Source of the DNA: Bdellovibrio sp.
Lineage (GTDB): Bacteria > Bdellovibrionota > Bdellovibrionia > Bdellovibrionales > Bdellovibrionaceae
Direction: 5' to 3'
DNA: 64,000 nt
NCBI GenBank assembly: GCA_036676395.1
Contig: JAKFCY010000003.1
Coordinates: 64,001 to 128,000 of the forward strand
A model generated the notes under the pieces. The model had not been told where the DNA came from. It searched no databases and was given only the letters and a program-made list of their open reading frames with translations. Position numbers and translations under genes: made by a program. Numbering within the stretch: position 1 is the stretch's first letter; each line of letters starts with the position of its first letter. Below are positions 1 through 9,103 of this stretch, piece after piece.

Positions 1-2
1 AT

Positions 3-1019
3 AAGTTTCAGGTGAAAACGCCATCAGCGGTAGCCGGTGTTCGCGGAACAGTATTTACTGCTGAATACGACAGAATTAAAAAAGTTTCTAGAGTCGTAAC
101 GATTGAAGGATTAGTCGCCGTATCTAAAATGCTTGATCGCGAAAGACAAACGCCTCCGGTATTTGTACGCCCCGATCAGGTTGTAAAAGTTGATGTTGAA
201 CAATCAAAAGCTGAACAGCCACGCGATTTAAAACCAGAAGAGCGCGATGTTCGCCAGCAAGAAGATAAAGACTTAGGTTACCAATACGACCCGAAACAAG
301 AACTAAGCCCAGAACAACAACCTACTGGTGCGATCAAAGAACCAGTAAAAGATATCAAAGAAAGCCTAGTTCGCGAAGTTAAAGAAATTCGTGAACCGAT
401 TAAAGAAATTGCCGTGATAGAACCTGTTAAAGACACGGCTGTCGTTAAAGAACAAATTAAAGAGCGTCGTAAAGAATTCAAAGAACGACTTAAAGAACTT
501 AAAGAAGTCAGACGCGCTAAAGACGATGAACCGATTAAAGAAATTAGCGTTCGCCCGCCGGTAGTTAATGAAATGCCACCGCGCGAACCTGTTAAACAAA
601 TCAAAGAAACTATCACGACTGCGGTAAATAACTCAGGCAAGCGTGAACAATTGCAACAGCAAGCCCAAGAGCGCCGTCAAAAACAGCTCGAAGAAGAACA
701 AGGAAAAAAACAGAAGCAATTAGAAGAAGATCAGACTCGAAAACAAAAACATTTAGAAGAAGAGCAGGTCAAAAAGCAAAAGCAGTCTGAAGAAGAACAG
801 GCCAAAAAACAAAAACATCTCGAAGAAGAGCAAGCTAAAAAACAGAAACAGTCAGAAGTCGCACAGGCAAAAAGACGAGCTATGGAAGAAGCTCAGAAAA
901 AATCTGAGTTAGCTCGTCGTCTGGCTGAAATTGCAAAACGCGGTTCAATGATCAGACCTCCGTCTGGAACAGACACTGGCCTGACACCTCCGAATACAAT
1001 TACTCCCATCAATAAATAA
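3..1019 (+). CDS. FecR-domain protein (5'-truncated by window edge) with long charged repeat/coiled-coil tail
   Basis: Frame is open to the window start. KFQVKTPSAVAGVRGTVF matches the FecR C-terminal motif and the paralog at 7304-8092 (RFEIKTPSAVVGVRGTQF). K/E/Q-rich tail. Confidence 0.8.
   Translation, partial: KFQVKTPSAVAGVRGTVFTAEYDRIKKVSRVVTIEGLVAVSKMLDRERQTPPVFVRPDQVVKVDVEQSKAEQPRDLKPEERDVRQQEDKDLGYQYDPKQELSPEQQPTGAIKEPVKDIKESLVREVKEIREPIKEIAVIEPVKDTAVVKEQIKERRKEFKERLKELKEVRRAKDDEPIKEISVRPPVVNEMPPREPVKQIKETITTAVNNSGKREQLQQQAQERRQKQLEEEQGKKQKQLEEDQTRKQKHLEEEQVKKQKQSEEEQAKKQKHLEEEQAKKQKQSEVAQAKRRAMEEAQKKSELARRLAEIAKRGSMIRPPSGTDTGLTPPNTITPINK
675..872 (+). repeat. Intragenic 33-bp (11-aa) tandem repeat, 6 degenerate copies (KQKQLEEEQAK-like)
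   Basis: RQKQLEEEQGK KQKQLEEDQTR KQKHLEEEQVK KQKQSEEEQAK KQKHLEEEQAK KQKQSEVAQAK. Confidence 0.9.
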
Positions 1020-1106
1020 TAAATCGCTGCGACTTACTCGGCTTTAGGTAAGTCCAGCCTCTTTTTAACGATGATCAAGCCCAACGCCTTATGATAAATT
1101 TATATC

Positions 1107-2678
1107 GTGAGGCATTTCATCTTTGTACTACTTCTCATTCACTGTTTTTCAGTAACGGCATATGCCGTTAATTTAAAATATATCAACGGCCTATACTTAC
1201 ATAAAAATTGTGAGTACTTTGCGCGCGATCTTAAAAGTAATTGGGATATCATTCCAGAAAACGAAAGAAACGACTATCTGGCAAAACTTGCAGACTGTTC
1301 TGTAGACCGCGGCCAATTAGAATTTGCTGAATCATTATTTAATAATCTTGAACGCAAAGGTTATAAATCTTCAATTTTAAACCAGGCTAAAGCTAAACTT
1401 GATCTTTCACGCAGCGACTTTAAGCGCATTACCGATGATTATGAATTGAAAAAACCTAAAAAAGCGACTTTTCAATATTACATCTACGTGGCGCAAAGTT
1501 ATTACGAACAAGAAGATTATGATTCTTCGTTGAAAATTTTAAGTTATATCAGCCCGAATAAATTAACTGATTACCAAAGAAATATAATTCGTTACTGGAA
1601 AGCTAAAAATTATTTTTTAAAAGACGAATACGATAAAACGACCTATTTTTTAGATTTAATCTTAGAAGATGACGAAGAACGCGGGTGGGTTAAAGATGCT
1701 GCCCAGGTGTTAAAAAATGCCGTTCATGATAAATACCGACCCTTTCGTGCAGTAATTTATTTAAACGCCACTTACGACACGAACACCAACAAACAATCTG
1801 TTGTTGAAAATCTGACTTTAGATGATAAACCTGCGTCTTACATCATCGACGGAACTTATCGAATAAACCCATCGCTAGATTTTTATATCAGAAAAGACCG
1901 CACGACAAAAAAATACATCAATCTTGATTTCAGCTTTGCGTGGTCTAGCAAAGAAACCGCCAATGAATCTGAAACCTATTCTATTAAATTCAGAAATTCT
2001 AAAAAAACTGATTCACGTAATACTTTTTCCTGGGATTTAGGTTTAACTAAATCGCAACTTGAATTTTTAGATGCATCTAACGATGCTTTTTTACGCTTAG
2101 GTTTATTTCATCTGGTCACTGACGATAAATTTGCTACTGCGACTTATCGTTACAGCCGAAATATTGAGTTTCAGTACAAATATGCTCACACTGTTTCGCT
2201 ATCGCTATTTAAAGTCTATGACACGCAACTGCTTTACGGCACGATCTCGCATAGCCAAAATTTTGATGAAGCCGCCAGGTATGATTTTGATGGCTTCTCT
2301 GCACCTATCGCCGAAAGCGGAACTGTCTTCGGAAACTATGGCATAACCAGCATTGATCTAGCCCACAGTGTTGATTTCACCGATGAACATTCATTACGAA
2401 CGCAATTGTCATACTCAAACACGGCTTACCAGGCTGAAGACTTGCCTGCCGGTTCTGAAGCTTTAACCAACTCAACAGCTAAGCGCAGTGATCAGACTTA
2501 TAGTTTTTCTTTGGTGTATGCCAATAAATACGATGCAGAAACAAACATTGAACTTTTTGCGACAGCTATTTTAGGCAGAAGTCACGGTCATCAAGGCTAT
2601 ATTTCTGCCGGTGAATTCAGTCACAAAAATTACACAGCTAACCAATTTGGTATTAATTTAGATTGGACCTATGAATAG
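1107..2678 (+). CDS. Secreted TPR-repeat protein with probable C-terminal outer-membrane beta-barrel
   Basis: Signal peptide (AYA); TPR-like helices (YVAQSYYEQEDYDSS, YWKAKNYFLKDEYDK); aromatic alternating strands ending FGINLDWTYE. Confidence 0.65.
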   Translation: MRHFIFVLLLIHCFSVTAYAVNLKYINGLYLHKNCEYFARDLKSNWDIIPENERNDYLAKLADCSVDRGQLEFAESLFNNLERKGYKSSILNQAKAKLDLSRSDFKRITDDYELKKPKKATFQYYIYVAQSYYEQEDYDSSLKILSYISPNKLTDYQRNIIRYWKAKNYFLKDEYDKTTYFLDLILEDDEERGWVKDAAQVLKNAVHDKYRPFRAVIYLNATYDTNTNKQSVVENLTLDDKPASYIIDGTYRINPSLDFYIRKDRTTKKYINLDFSFAWSSKETANESETYSIKFRNSKKTDSRNTFSWDLGLTKSQLEFLDASNDAFLRLGLFHLVTDDKFATATYRYSRNIEFQYKYAHTVSLSLFKVYDTQLLYGTISHSQNFDEAARYDFDGFSAPIAESGTVFGNYGITSIDLAHSVDFTDEHSLRTQLSYSNTAYQAEDLPAGSEALTNSTAKRSDQTYSFSLVYANKYDAETNIELFATAILGRSHGHQGYISAGEFSHKNYTANQFGINLDWTYE

Positions 2679-2689
2679 GAGCAAAAACC

Positions 2690-3379
2690 ATGAACCAACA
2701 AGTTAAATGGTGTTTTTATGATCCCGAAACAAAAACCAAAACTGCCGATCTAGCTACTGATGAAGCGCAAATGACCATTTTAAAAATGCGCCCAAAAGAT
2801 ATCAACCGTTTCTATTTTTCACGTAGCGATGACAGCGCCTGGAAGCCATTAAAGTTGTTAATGACTTCTAGCGCATCCCCTTTTTCCGGTTTAGCTTTAC
2901 TGACTTCTATGGGGGCCGAAAAAGCTGCACAGCCTGTAGCTAACCCCAAACTAAAAATGCACCCCGTAGATCGCGGCACACAAGACGAAATCGAACGCAC
3001 TTTTACAAATTCTTGCATTGATAATAATAAAACATTAGCCGTAAGCTTTAAAAAACCATCAGCTCACAAAATCGAAATCGTTATCATGAATAAACAGGGT
3101 ATGATTTTTCGGGCAAATGCCGTCAACGCCACACCAGAAGGTACGCTGTGTGATAAGGTTATCCCCACTCATTTCCACAACACTATTCTTGATGTCGTTA
3201 TTATTAATTCGCTAGCCATTAATAAATTTTTTGAAAAAATTAAAATTACCGGAAAAATAGCCACAACTGGTAACGGCCAGTACTTAGAATTCAATTTCGC
3301 TTCTGATGCATTGAGAAGTCAGCTTGTAGAAAGCTTAAACTTTTGCGAGAACAACTCACACCGTAAAAAAGCTATTTAA
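2690..3379 (+). CDS. GYF_2-like N-terminal domain + degenerate PilZ-like domain protein
   Basis: Visible paralogy with 8205-9041 at both ends; SD AGGAG upstream; PilZ motifs degenerate (NATPEG). Confidence 0.55.
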   Translation: MNQQVKWCFYDPETKTKTADLATDEAQMTILKMRPKDINRFYFSRSDDSAWKPLKLLMTSSASPFSGLALLTSMGAEKAAQPVANPKLKMHPVDRGTQDEIERTFTNSCIDNNKTLAVSFKKPSAHKIEIVIMNKQGMIFRANAVNATPEGTLCDKVIPTHFHNTILDVVIINSLAINKFFEKIKITGKIATTGNGQYLEFNFASDALRSQLVESLNFCENNSHRKKAI

Positions 3380-5979
3380 TGAAGATCAAAATCTACGGAA
3401 TCATTTTAGCCAGCATACTTTTTTTAAGCTTTTTAATGCTTAATTTAAAGTATAAAAGCATTCAAAATAATCCTGAGGTTGTTGAAAATAATATTTTTTA
3501 TAGTTTTCTATTCGAATTTAATAATAAAATTTACGACACCTTTTATAAAAACAAAGTAGAACGCCAAAAAAGCGATAATGTTTTTTTAATCGATATTGAC
3601 GAAGACTCTGTGCGTGAATTAGGACGCTGGCCTTGGTCGCGCGAAATTATCGCGACGATCTGGGAAAACAGCATGAAAAACGGCGTCAAAGTTATCGCGA
3701 ATGATATTATCTTTTCAGAAGCGCAAAATAAGAAAGCCGATGGCCGCTTAGAAGAAGTTATTAAAAAATACCCGGCACAAATTATCTTAGGCACTTTCGG
3801 CGAAGGCCCGATTGCTTATGGTAACCCACCCTATCAAGATTATTGTTTTGTCGAATCATTTCGCCGTAGCGGTGGCGATAAAATCGTGACTTTAAATGCC
3901 ACTTTAACTTTCGATGATAGTAATTCACAATTTGAGCAGGTTTTTTTCAGTAATGAATTAAAAGCGATATTTGATGATCTAGATCAACAATTTGAACAAA
4001 CATATTTAGCACGTATTAATAAAAAATCTCTGCAAGATTTAGATTTTTATCAAAAAAACAGCCTTGCGTCTGAAAAAAGTCGTAATTTAGTCAGCTACTG
4101 CTTTCGCTGGTTGCAAGATGACGATGAGTATTTACGAAGTGCCGGGCAGGATTTATTAAAATCTTACAACGCCAGTTTAGACCGAATTCCCGGGTACGAA
4201 AAATTACCATCTTTAAATGATAAAATCAAAAAGTTTAAAGATGATGTAAATCAATTATTAGTTCCACAGTTCGCCACCTGGCCAGCCAATATTTCTGAAC
4301 TTCAAACGGCCGCCGAATACACAGCCACATTTAATGCTGATATAGATTTTGATGGCGTGATCCGCCATTACCCGTTGATCTACCGCTCGGGTAATAAAAC
4401 GAATTTGAGCTTTATCCCGTCATTGGCTTTACAAGCTTATTTATTAGCTACCGGCTATCAGGCTGTCTTTTATCCAAAAGTAGAAAACAATATTAAAACC
4501 ATCAACAGCGTAGTTATTCGTGATATCGAAAATGAAAAAGATGTGATGTCGTTGCCGGTTGATTCAAATGGTCGTTTAAATATTAATTATTACGGCCGCG
4601 GAAATTCAATTCCTTACGTGTCAGCCCGCGATTTATTTCATGATGATAACCCCGAAATGGTGGTGCAGTTAAATGGCCGTGCCACAACCGTGAATAAAGC
4701 CCAATGGCTTAAAGATAAAGCCGCTGTTATGGGCCCAACCGCAACAGGCATCTTCGATTTACGAAACACTCCGGTAGAAAAAGCCTTACCAGGAGTAGAA
4801 ATCCATTTAACTGTATTAGGTAACTTGTTTGATCAAACCTTTATGAAGGTTTCACAAGACGAATTTAAAATTTCAGTTTTTGTTTTATTATTTCTGGCGA
4901 TTTCTATTGTCGGGCTATTTCTATATAGTAATTTATTCATCGCCTCATTATACCTATTAGTCGTTAATTATGGTCTCTATAAAGTGGCCCTACACAACTT
5001 TAATAAAAACCTCTATTTTGAGCTTTTAGCGCCGACAGTTATATTTACAATTTCAATTTACATTGTATTTTTGATTTACATTTATTTTTTCGAAACCAGA
5101 AAATCCAAAGAAATTAAGAACACTTTTTCAAAATACGTTTCTAAAGAAATCGTTGAAGAGATTTTAAAAAATCAGGAAAATCTGGAACTTAAAGGGCAAA
5201 AACTAAAAATGACCGTGTTCTTTTCAGATATCAGAAGTTTTACAACGCTTTCTGAAGAAATGGACCCACAAGAATTATCAATGATGTTAAATAAATATTT
5301 TACCCCCATGTCAGAAATTATCTTTGGCAGTAATGGCACGATCGACAAATTTATGGGCGATGCGATTATGGCCTTATTCGGCGCGCCGCTAAATTACCCG
5401 GATCACCCGCAAAAAGCTTGTACCGCAGCACTCAGCTGTATTGAAAAATTAAAAGATGTAAATATCGAATTAAAAAAACGTAACTGGCCAGAACTAAAAA
5501 TTGGTATCGGTCTGAACACTGGGATTATGGTTGCCGGCAATATTGGTTCAGATCAGATTCAAAGTTACACAGTCATCGGTGATGAAGTGAATTTAGGTCA
5601 ACGTTTAGAAAGTTTAACGAAGACCTATCAGGCTAAAATTTTAATTTCAGAAAGTACTTATTTAGAAGTCAAAAATGAATTTATCGCCCGCGAAGTCGAT
5701 AATGTGCGTGTTAAGGGTAAAAACCGTGCCGTTAAAATTTACGAATTAATTGCCCACGGTAAAACTCATCCAGCTATGGCATTTTTTGATTCTTATCATC
5801 AGGCTCTACAGAAGTTTTATGCCAAACAGTTTAATGAAGCTGAAACGGCTTTTTCAGAATTGTTAAAACAAAAGCCCGATGATTTTTTAACTCAGATGTA
5901 TCTAGAACGTTCTGCCTACTGCTTGAAAAATCCAGTACCTGAAACTTGGGATGGCGTATTTGAACGCCGTAAAACTTAA
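3379..5979 (+). CDS. CHASE2-domain membrane adenylate cyclase (class IIIb)
   Basis: CHASE2 motifs IDIDEDS..LGRWPWSR, DFDGVIR, PGVEIH; 3 TM helices; cyclase motifs FSDIRSFT, IDKFMGDAIMA, YTVIGDEVNLGQRLE. Confidence 0.93.
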   Translation: MKIKIYGIILASILFLSFLMLNLKYKSIQNNPEVVENNIFYSFLFEFNNKIYDTFYKNKVERQKSDNVFLIDIDEDSVRELGRWPWSREIIATIWENSMKNGVKVIANDIIFSEAQNKKADGRLEEVIKKYPAQIILGTFGEGPIAYGNPPYQDYCFVESFRRSGGDKIVTLNATLTFDDSNSQFEQVFFSNELKAIFDDLDQQFEQTYLARINKKSLQDLDFYQKNSLASEKSRNLVSYCFRWLQDDDEYLRSAGQDLLKSYNASLDRIPGYEKLPSLNDKIKKFKDDVNQLLVPQFATWPANISELQTAAEYTATFNADIDFDGVIRHYPLIYRSGNKTNLSFIPSLALQAYLLATGYQAVFYPKVENNIKTINSVVIRDIENEKDVMSLPVDSNGRLNINYYGRGNSIPYVSARDLFHDDNPEMVVQLNGRATTVNKAQWLKDKAAVMGPTATGIFDLRNTPVEKALPGVEIHLTVLGNLFDQTFMKVSQDEFKISVFVLLFLAISIVGLFLYSNLFIASLYLLVVNYGLYKVALHNFNKNLYFELLAPTVIFTISIYIVFLIYIYFFETRKSKEIKNTFSKYVSKEIVEEILKNQENLELKGQKLKMTVFFSDIRSFTTLSEEMDPQELSMMLNKYFTPMSEIIFGSNGTIDKFMGDAIMALFGAPLNYPDHPQKACTAALSCIEKLKDVNIELKKRNWPELKIGIGLNTGIMVAGNIGSDQIQSYTVIGDEVNLGQRLESLTKTYQAKILISESTYLEVKNEFIAREVDNVRVKGKNRAVKIYELIAHGKTHPAMAFFDSYHQALQKFYAKQFNEAETAFSELLKQKPDDFLTQMYLERSAYCLKNPVPETWDGVFERRKT

Positions 5980-7301
5980 AAGCGCGTTAAATAAACGTAC
6001 TGGATACCGATTGAAGAATCAGCATAAGTATAATCTTCAATCGTTGAATCATTGCGCGACAGACCTAAAAATCCATTGATCGTGGTACGATCGCTTAGAT
6101 CTTTTGCAATAGAATACGTAATGGCACCTAAATTATCACGTCTGGCTAACTCAGATAAGTTATAGTTCGTTAAACCATAACTCACTTTAAAAATGGAATA
6201 CGTGTTTTTAAAAGTCGGTTTTTCATAGCTTAAATTTGTGTAAACTTTGTAATAGCTGGCATTATCTCCATCGGCATCATTTAAAATAAAACCTAATTCT
6301 CCGGTCAGACTTTGCATCCGGCGCATTGAGTATTTTAAAGTTCCAGAAATGTCATACTTAATTGCCGTTTGATTATCTTCAGCATCGGTAAAAGTTAATT
6401 GCGACTGATCGCGGCCGATTATTAACTGGCCATCTAAATCTAAATCAGTAGTTAATTTCGAGCCCAGCGTTTGTTTGAAATATAAAAGCGTAATCGACAT
6501 TTCGCGAATTTGTGAATCAGACGGTAACATGTATAAACCAATATTTGCTGAAGAGCTGCTGCGGTAGCCGTCAAAATTAGTTCTATAGGGAATCGTCGCT
6601 AAAAGCATCGTCGCATCAGCAGCCTGAATTTCTGCTGTTGATTCTAATTTATGATTTAAAGTGCGGCTGTCAGCAATGTACAACATCGGTTCAATAACAG
6701 AATTCTGGTCTTGATAAAATTTATAAGCCATAAATCCGCTGGCATTCAAAGTGTGCCCAACAAGAACATCCTGCTGAGGGGCCACATTTAAAGCGTTACT
6801 GTCATAACCATAACCGGCCGTAAAGCCCATGGTGTATTTTAATTTGTCAGATTCAATTTGATTTTGAATTTGCATGCACTTTTCGATTAATCTTTCAGCG
6901 CGTCTGTCTTGTTCGGGGTCTTTAGAGGTATCGATCGATAATTCAAGACTGTTCACGGCTTTTTCGTAATCGCCTTTATAGTACTGGCTCAGACCTAAAT
7001 AATAATAGGCTAAAGATATTTCCTTAACACTGTTCGCGCGAGTGACTTCTGATAAATACTTTTCGGCTAAATCATAATTTTCAATGCGATAATAATTTAA
7101 ACCTAATAAATAATAAATTCCGGGCGTTTGGCTTGGATCACTTTTCAATTTTTGTAAAACCGCTATTGAAGATTCAAATTGTTCTTTTTTATAAAATTCA
7201 TAGGCTTGGGCAAAGGCCGGTGGAAGCGCCTCTAGAGCTTGAGTTTGCGCATACACAGAGAAACTTAAAAGACTCGATAAAAGAATAACAATATTTTTCA
7301 T
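5976..7301 (-). CDS. Secreted TPR-repeat protein with probable C-terminal outer-membrane beta-barrel
   Basis: Signal peptide; clear TPRs (YYLLGLNYYRIENYDLA, AYYYLGLSQYYKGDYEKA); GYGYDSN strand; C-terminal Phe (IGIQYVYLTRF). Confidence 0.75.
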   Translation of the reverse strand: MKNIVILLSSLLSFSVYAQTQALEALPPAFAQAYEFYKKEQFESSIAVLQKLKSDPSQTPGIYYLLGLNYYRIENYDLAEKYLSEVTRANSVKEISLAYYYLGLSQYYKGDYEKAVNSLELSIDTSKDPEQDRRAERLIEKCMQIQNQIESDKLKYTMGFTAGYGYDSNALNVAPQQDVLVGHTLNASGFMAYKFYQDQNSVIEPMLYIADSRTLNHKLESTAEIQAADATMLLATIPYRTNFDGYRSSSSANIGLYMLPSDSQIREMSITLLYFKQTLGSKLTTDLDLDGQLIIGRDQSQLTFTDAEDNQTAIKYDISGTLKYSMRRMQSLTGELGFILNDADGDNASYYKVYTNLSYEKPTFKNTYSIFKVSYGLTNYNLSELARRDNLGAITYSIAKDLSDRTTINGFLGLSRNDSTIEDYTYADSSIGIQYVYLTRF

Positions 7302-7303
7302 AT

Positions 7304-8092
7304 TTAGCGCTCGATGATGATGTTAACATTTGCAGGTTTATTAATAATATTTTTTGCAGAATCACCCAATAAGTTATCATTGCGCTCTTGAATCGCGATA
7401 ATCTGGCTGAAGTCATTTTTTGGAACAAACACTTGTTGTGGATCAGTGCCCTTATCGTCTTTTTTGACGGCTGTATCACCTTCGATGCGTTTTAATTCTG
7501 ACGGGCTAACTTTTATTGGTGAACCAGGCTGTTTGCCATCGATGTTTTCTGAAGTTTCACCACGTTTAACTAACACGGCCTCAGTTAATTTATTTGATAA
7601 ATTATCTAAACCACGAAAAATAACTTCACCACGAAATGTGGTTACACCAGTGATATTATTTGCTTTACGATAACTGGTCATAAACTGGGTTCCGCGCACA
7701 CCGACGACAGCAGAAGGCGTTTTAATTTCAAATCTATTTTCATGAGTATCATATTTTTGTTCGACGTTAGTGCGCACTTTGCCTTCGAATAAACTTAACC
7801 GCACATTTTTTTCTTTACTGTCATTAATATACTGATCAATGCGCAGCTTCGTTTCTGGTAGCACGTTAATAATATTACGATCACTCATGACAATTTTAGC
7901 GCGTGAATCTTTGCCCGTAATGATGGTGTCTTGGGGGTAAACTTTGCTTCCTACTTTTACACCCATGGGCTGAGATTTCATTTTAGCAACTTGCACTTGG
8001 CCTTTGACGATCATTAGCAGACCGTAAGTTTCCTCAGCTAAAGCCTGGGAAAAACCGCCTAAAACCAACAAAATCAGGATTAATCTTTTCAT
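7304..8092 (-). CDS. Secreted FecR-domain protein
   Basis: Signal peptide (ALA); DTIITGKDSRAKI, LFEGKVR, TPSAVVGVRGTQF FecR motifs. Confidence 0.9.
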   Translation of the reverse strand: MKRLILILLVLGGFSQALAEETYGLLMIVKGQVQVAKMKSQPMGVKVGSKVYPQDTIITGKDSRAKIVMSDRNIINVLPETKLRIDQYINDSKEKNVRLSLFEGKVRTNVEQKYDTHENRFEIKTPSAVVGVRGTQFMTSYRKANNITGVTTFRGEVIFRGLDNLSNKLTEAVLVKRGETSENIDGKQPGSPIKVSPSELKRIEGDTAVKKDDKGTDPQQVFVPKNDFSQIIAIQERNDNLLGDSAKNIINKPANVNIIIER

Positions 8093-8169
8093 AACAGATA
8101 TTATCTCTGTAACTCAGACAAAAGTTTACTAGACCATCATCCAGAATTCACTCCAGCAAACGCCTAGCC

Positions 8170-8197
8170 TCAAATATGAGGCCCTGTAAACCGATAA
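8170..8197 (+). promoter_or_regulatory. Putative sigma28 (FliA) promoter, probably leaderless
   Basis: TCAAA-N15-ACCGATAA, ending 7 nt before ATG 8205; no SD. Confidence 0.6.
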
Positions 8198-8204
8198 TAA
8201 TCAC

Positions 8205-9041
8205 ATGTCGACTACGGGTAAAACTTGGGTACTACTTGATGGTATCACTAAAATTCAATCGCAACCGTTGCAAACCGAGCAGTTGCAATTAGCCATTCTT
8301 AAATTGAATGAGCGCGATTGGACAAGATTTTACGTGTGGACACAAGGTTGGGCAAACTGGCAGCTGTTAAAAGATTTTTTAAACAGCGATCAAAAAGATT
8401 TTGCTTTGGCAGGCACACCGGCGTCTGAAGAAAACGTGAAAGCACATATTCATGCGCAAATCGCCAGTCGCAAAAAAGTAACAATTCAGCCGCAACAACA
8501 AGAAGACACTGTGACTAAAGCAGCCCATTATCCACAGCAAAAACAAGCTGGTGGTAAAGCCATGACCATGGTGAGTTCGTCAGAAGAAACGATCGTTCCT
8601 GAAAGCATGGAAAAAGATTACAACGGTGATACCATTGATGAAAGTGCTTACCACAAACCGCCGCAGCCGCTAGATTTTAAAGAGATCAGCGAAGCTTATA
8701 AAAACCGTGCTGAACGTCATGAATTAAAAATTGAAATTTTATTAATTTCACAAAAAGGTAAAACTTTTAAAAGCTATTCTAGAAATATTTCTCTGACAGG
8801 ATCTCTGTTAGAAGATAATATTCCTTTTGATTTTTACGGTGTGCATTTTGATCTTGTCGTTGTTAACCGTAACTCATTAAACCCACAGAATGGCCGTGTG
8901 CAAATGCGCGCTGAAACTGTTGGTGATGGTCTCACTCAACGTGTGCGCTTTGTAACGCCATCAGAGATGCTGAAGCAACGCTTAATGAATCTGCTGAATG
9001 ACTATCTTACTCAGCAAGCTAAACTACGAAAATCTGGCTAA
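8205..9041 (+). CDS. GYF_2-like N-terminal domain + PilZ domain protein
   Basis: YVWTQGWANWQLL (GYF_2-like); KNRAERH and NISLTG (N-x-S-x-x-G) PilZ motifs. Confidence 0.7.
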   Translation: MSTTGKTWVLLDGITKIQSQPLQTEQLQLAILKLNERDWTRFYVWTQGWANWQLLKDFLNSDQKDFALAGTPASEENVKAHIHAQIASRKKVTIQPQQQEDTVTKAAHYPQQKQAGGKAMTMVSSSEETIVPESMEKDYNGDTIDESAYHKPPQPLDFKEISEAYKNRAERHELKIEILLISQKGKTFKSYSRNISLTGSLLEDNIPFDFYGVHFDLVVVNRNSLNPQNGRVQMRAETVGDGLTQRVRFVTPSEMLKQRLMNLLNDYLTQQAKLRKSG

Positions 9042-9103
9042 AAACGTTACCTAGAGATAACGATAGACTCTAACCCCGTTACTATTGTAAACGTGCGGTT
9101 GAG

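Noticed and set aside
675..872. Regularly spaced ~33-bp repeats as a possible CRISPR array
   Set aside because: Repeats are contiguous, degenerate and in frame within a CDS; no spacers and no cas genes.
8093..8130. Sigma28 promoter for FecR-B (TAAA-N16-AGAGATAA)
   Set aside because: -10 box deviates at the key CC positions; not distinguishable from chance.
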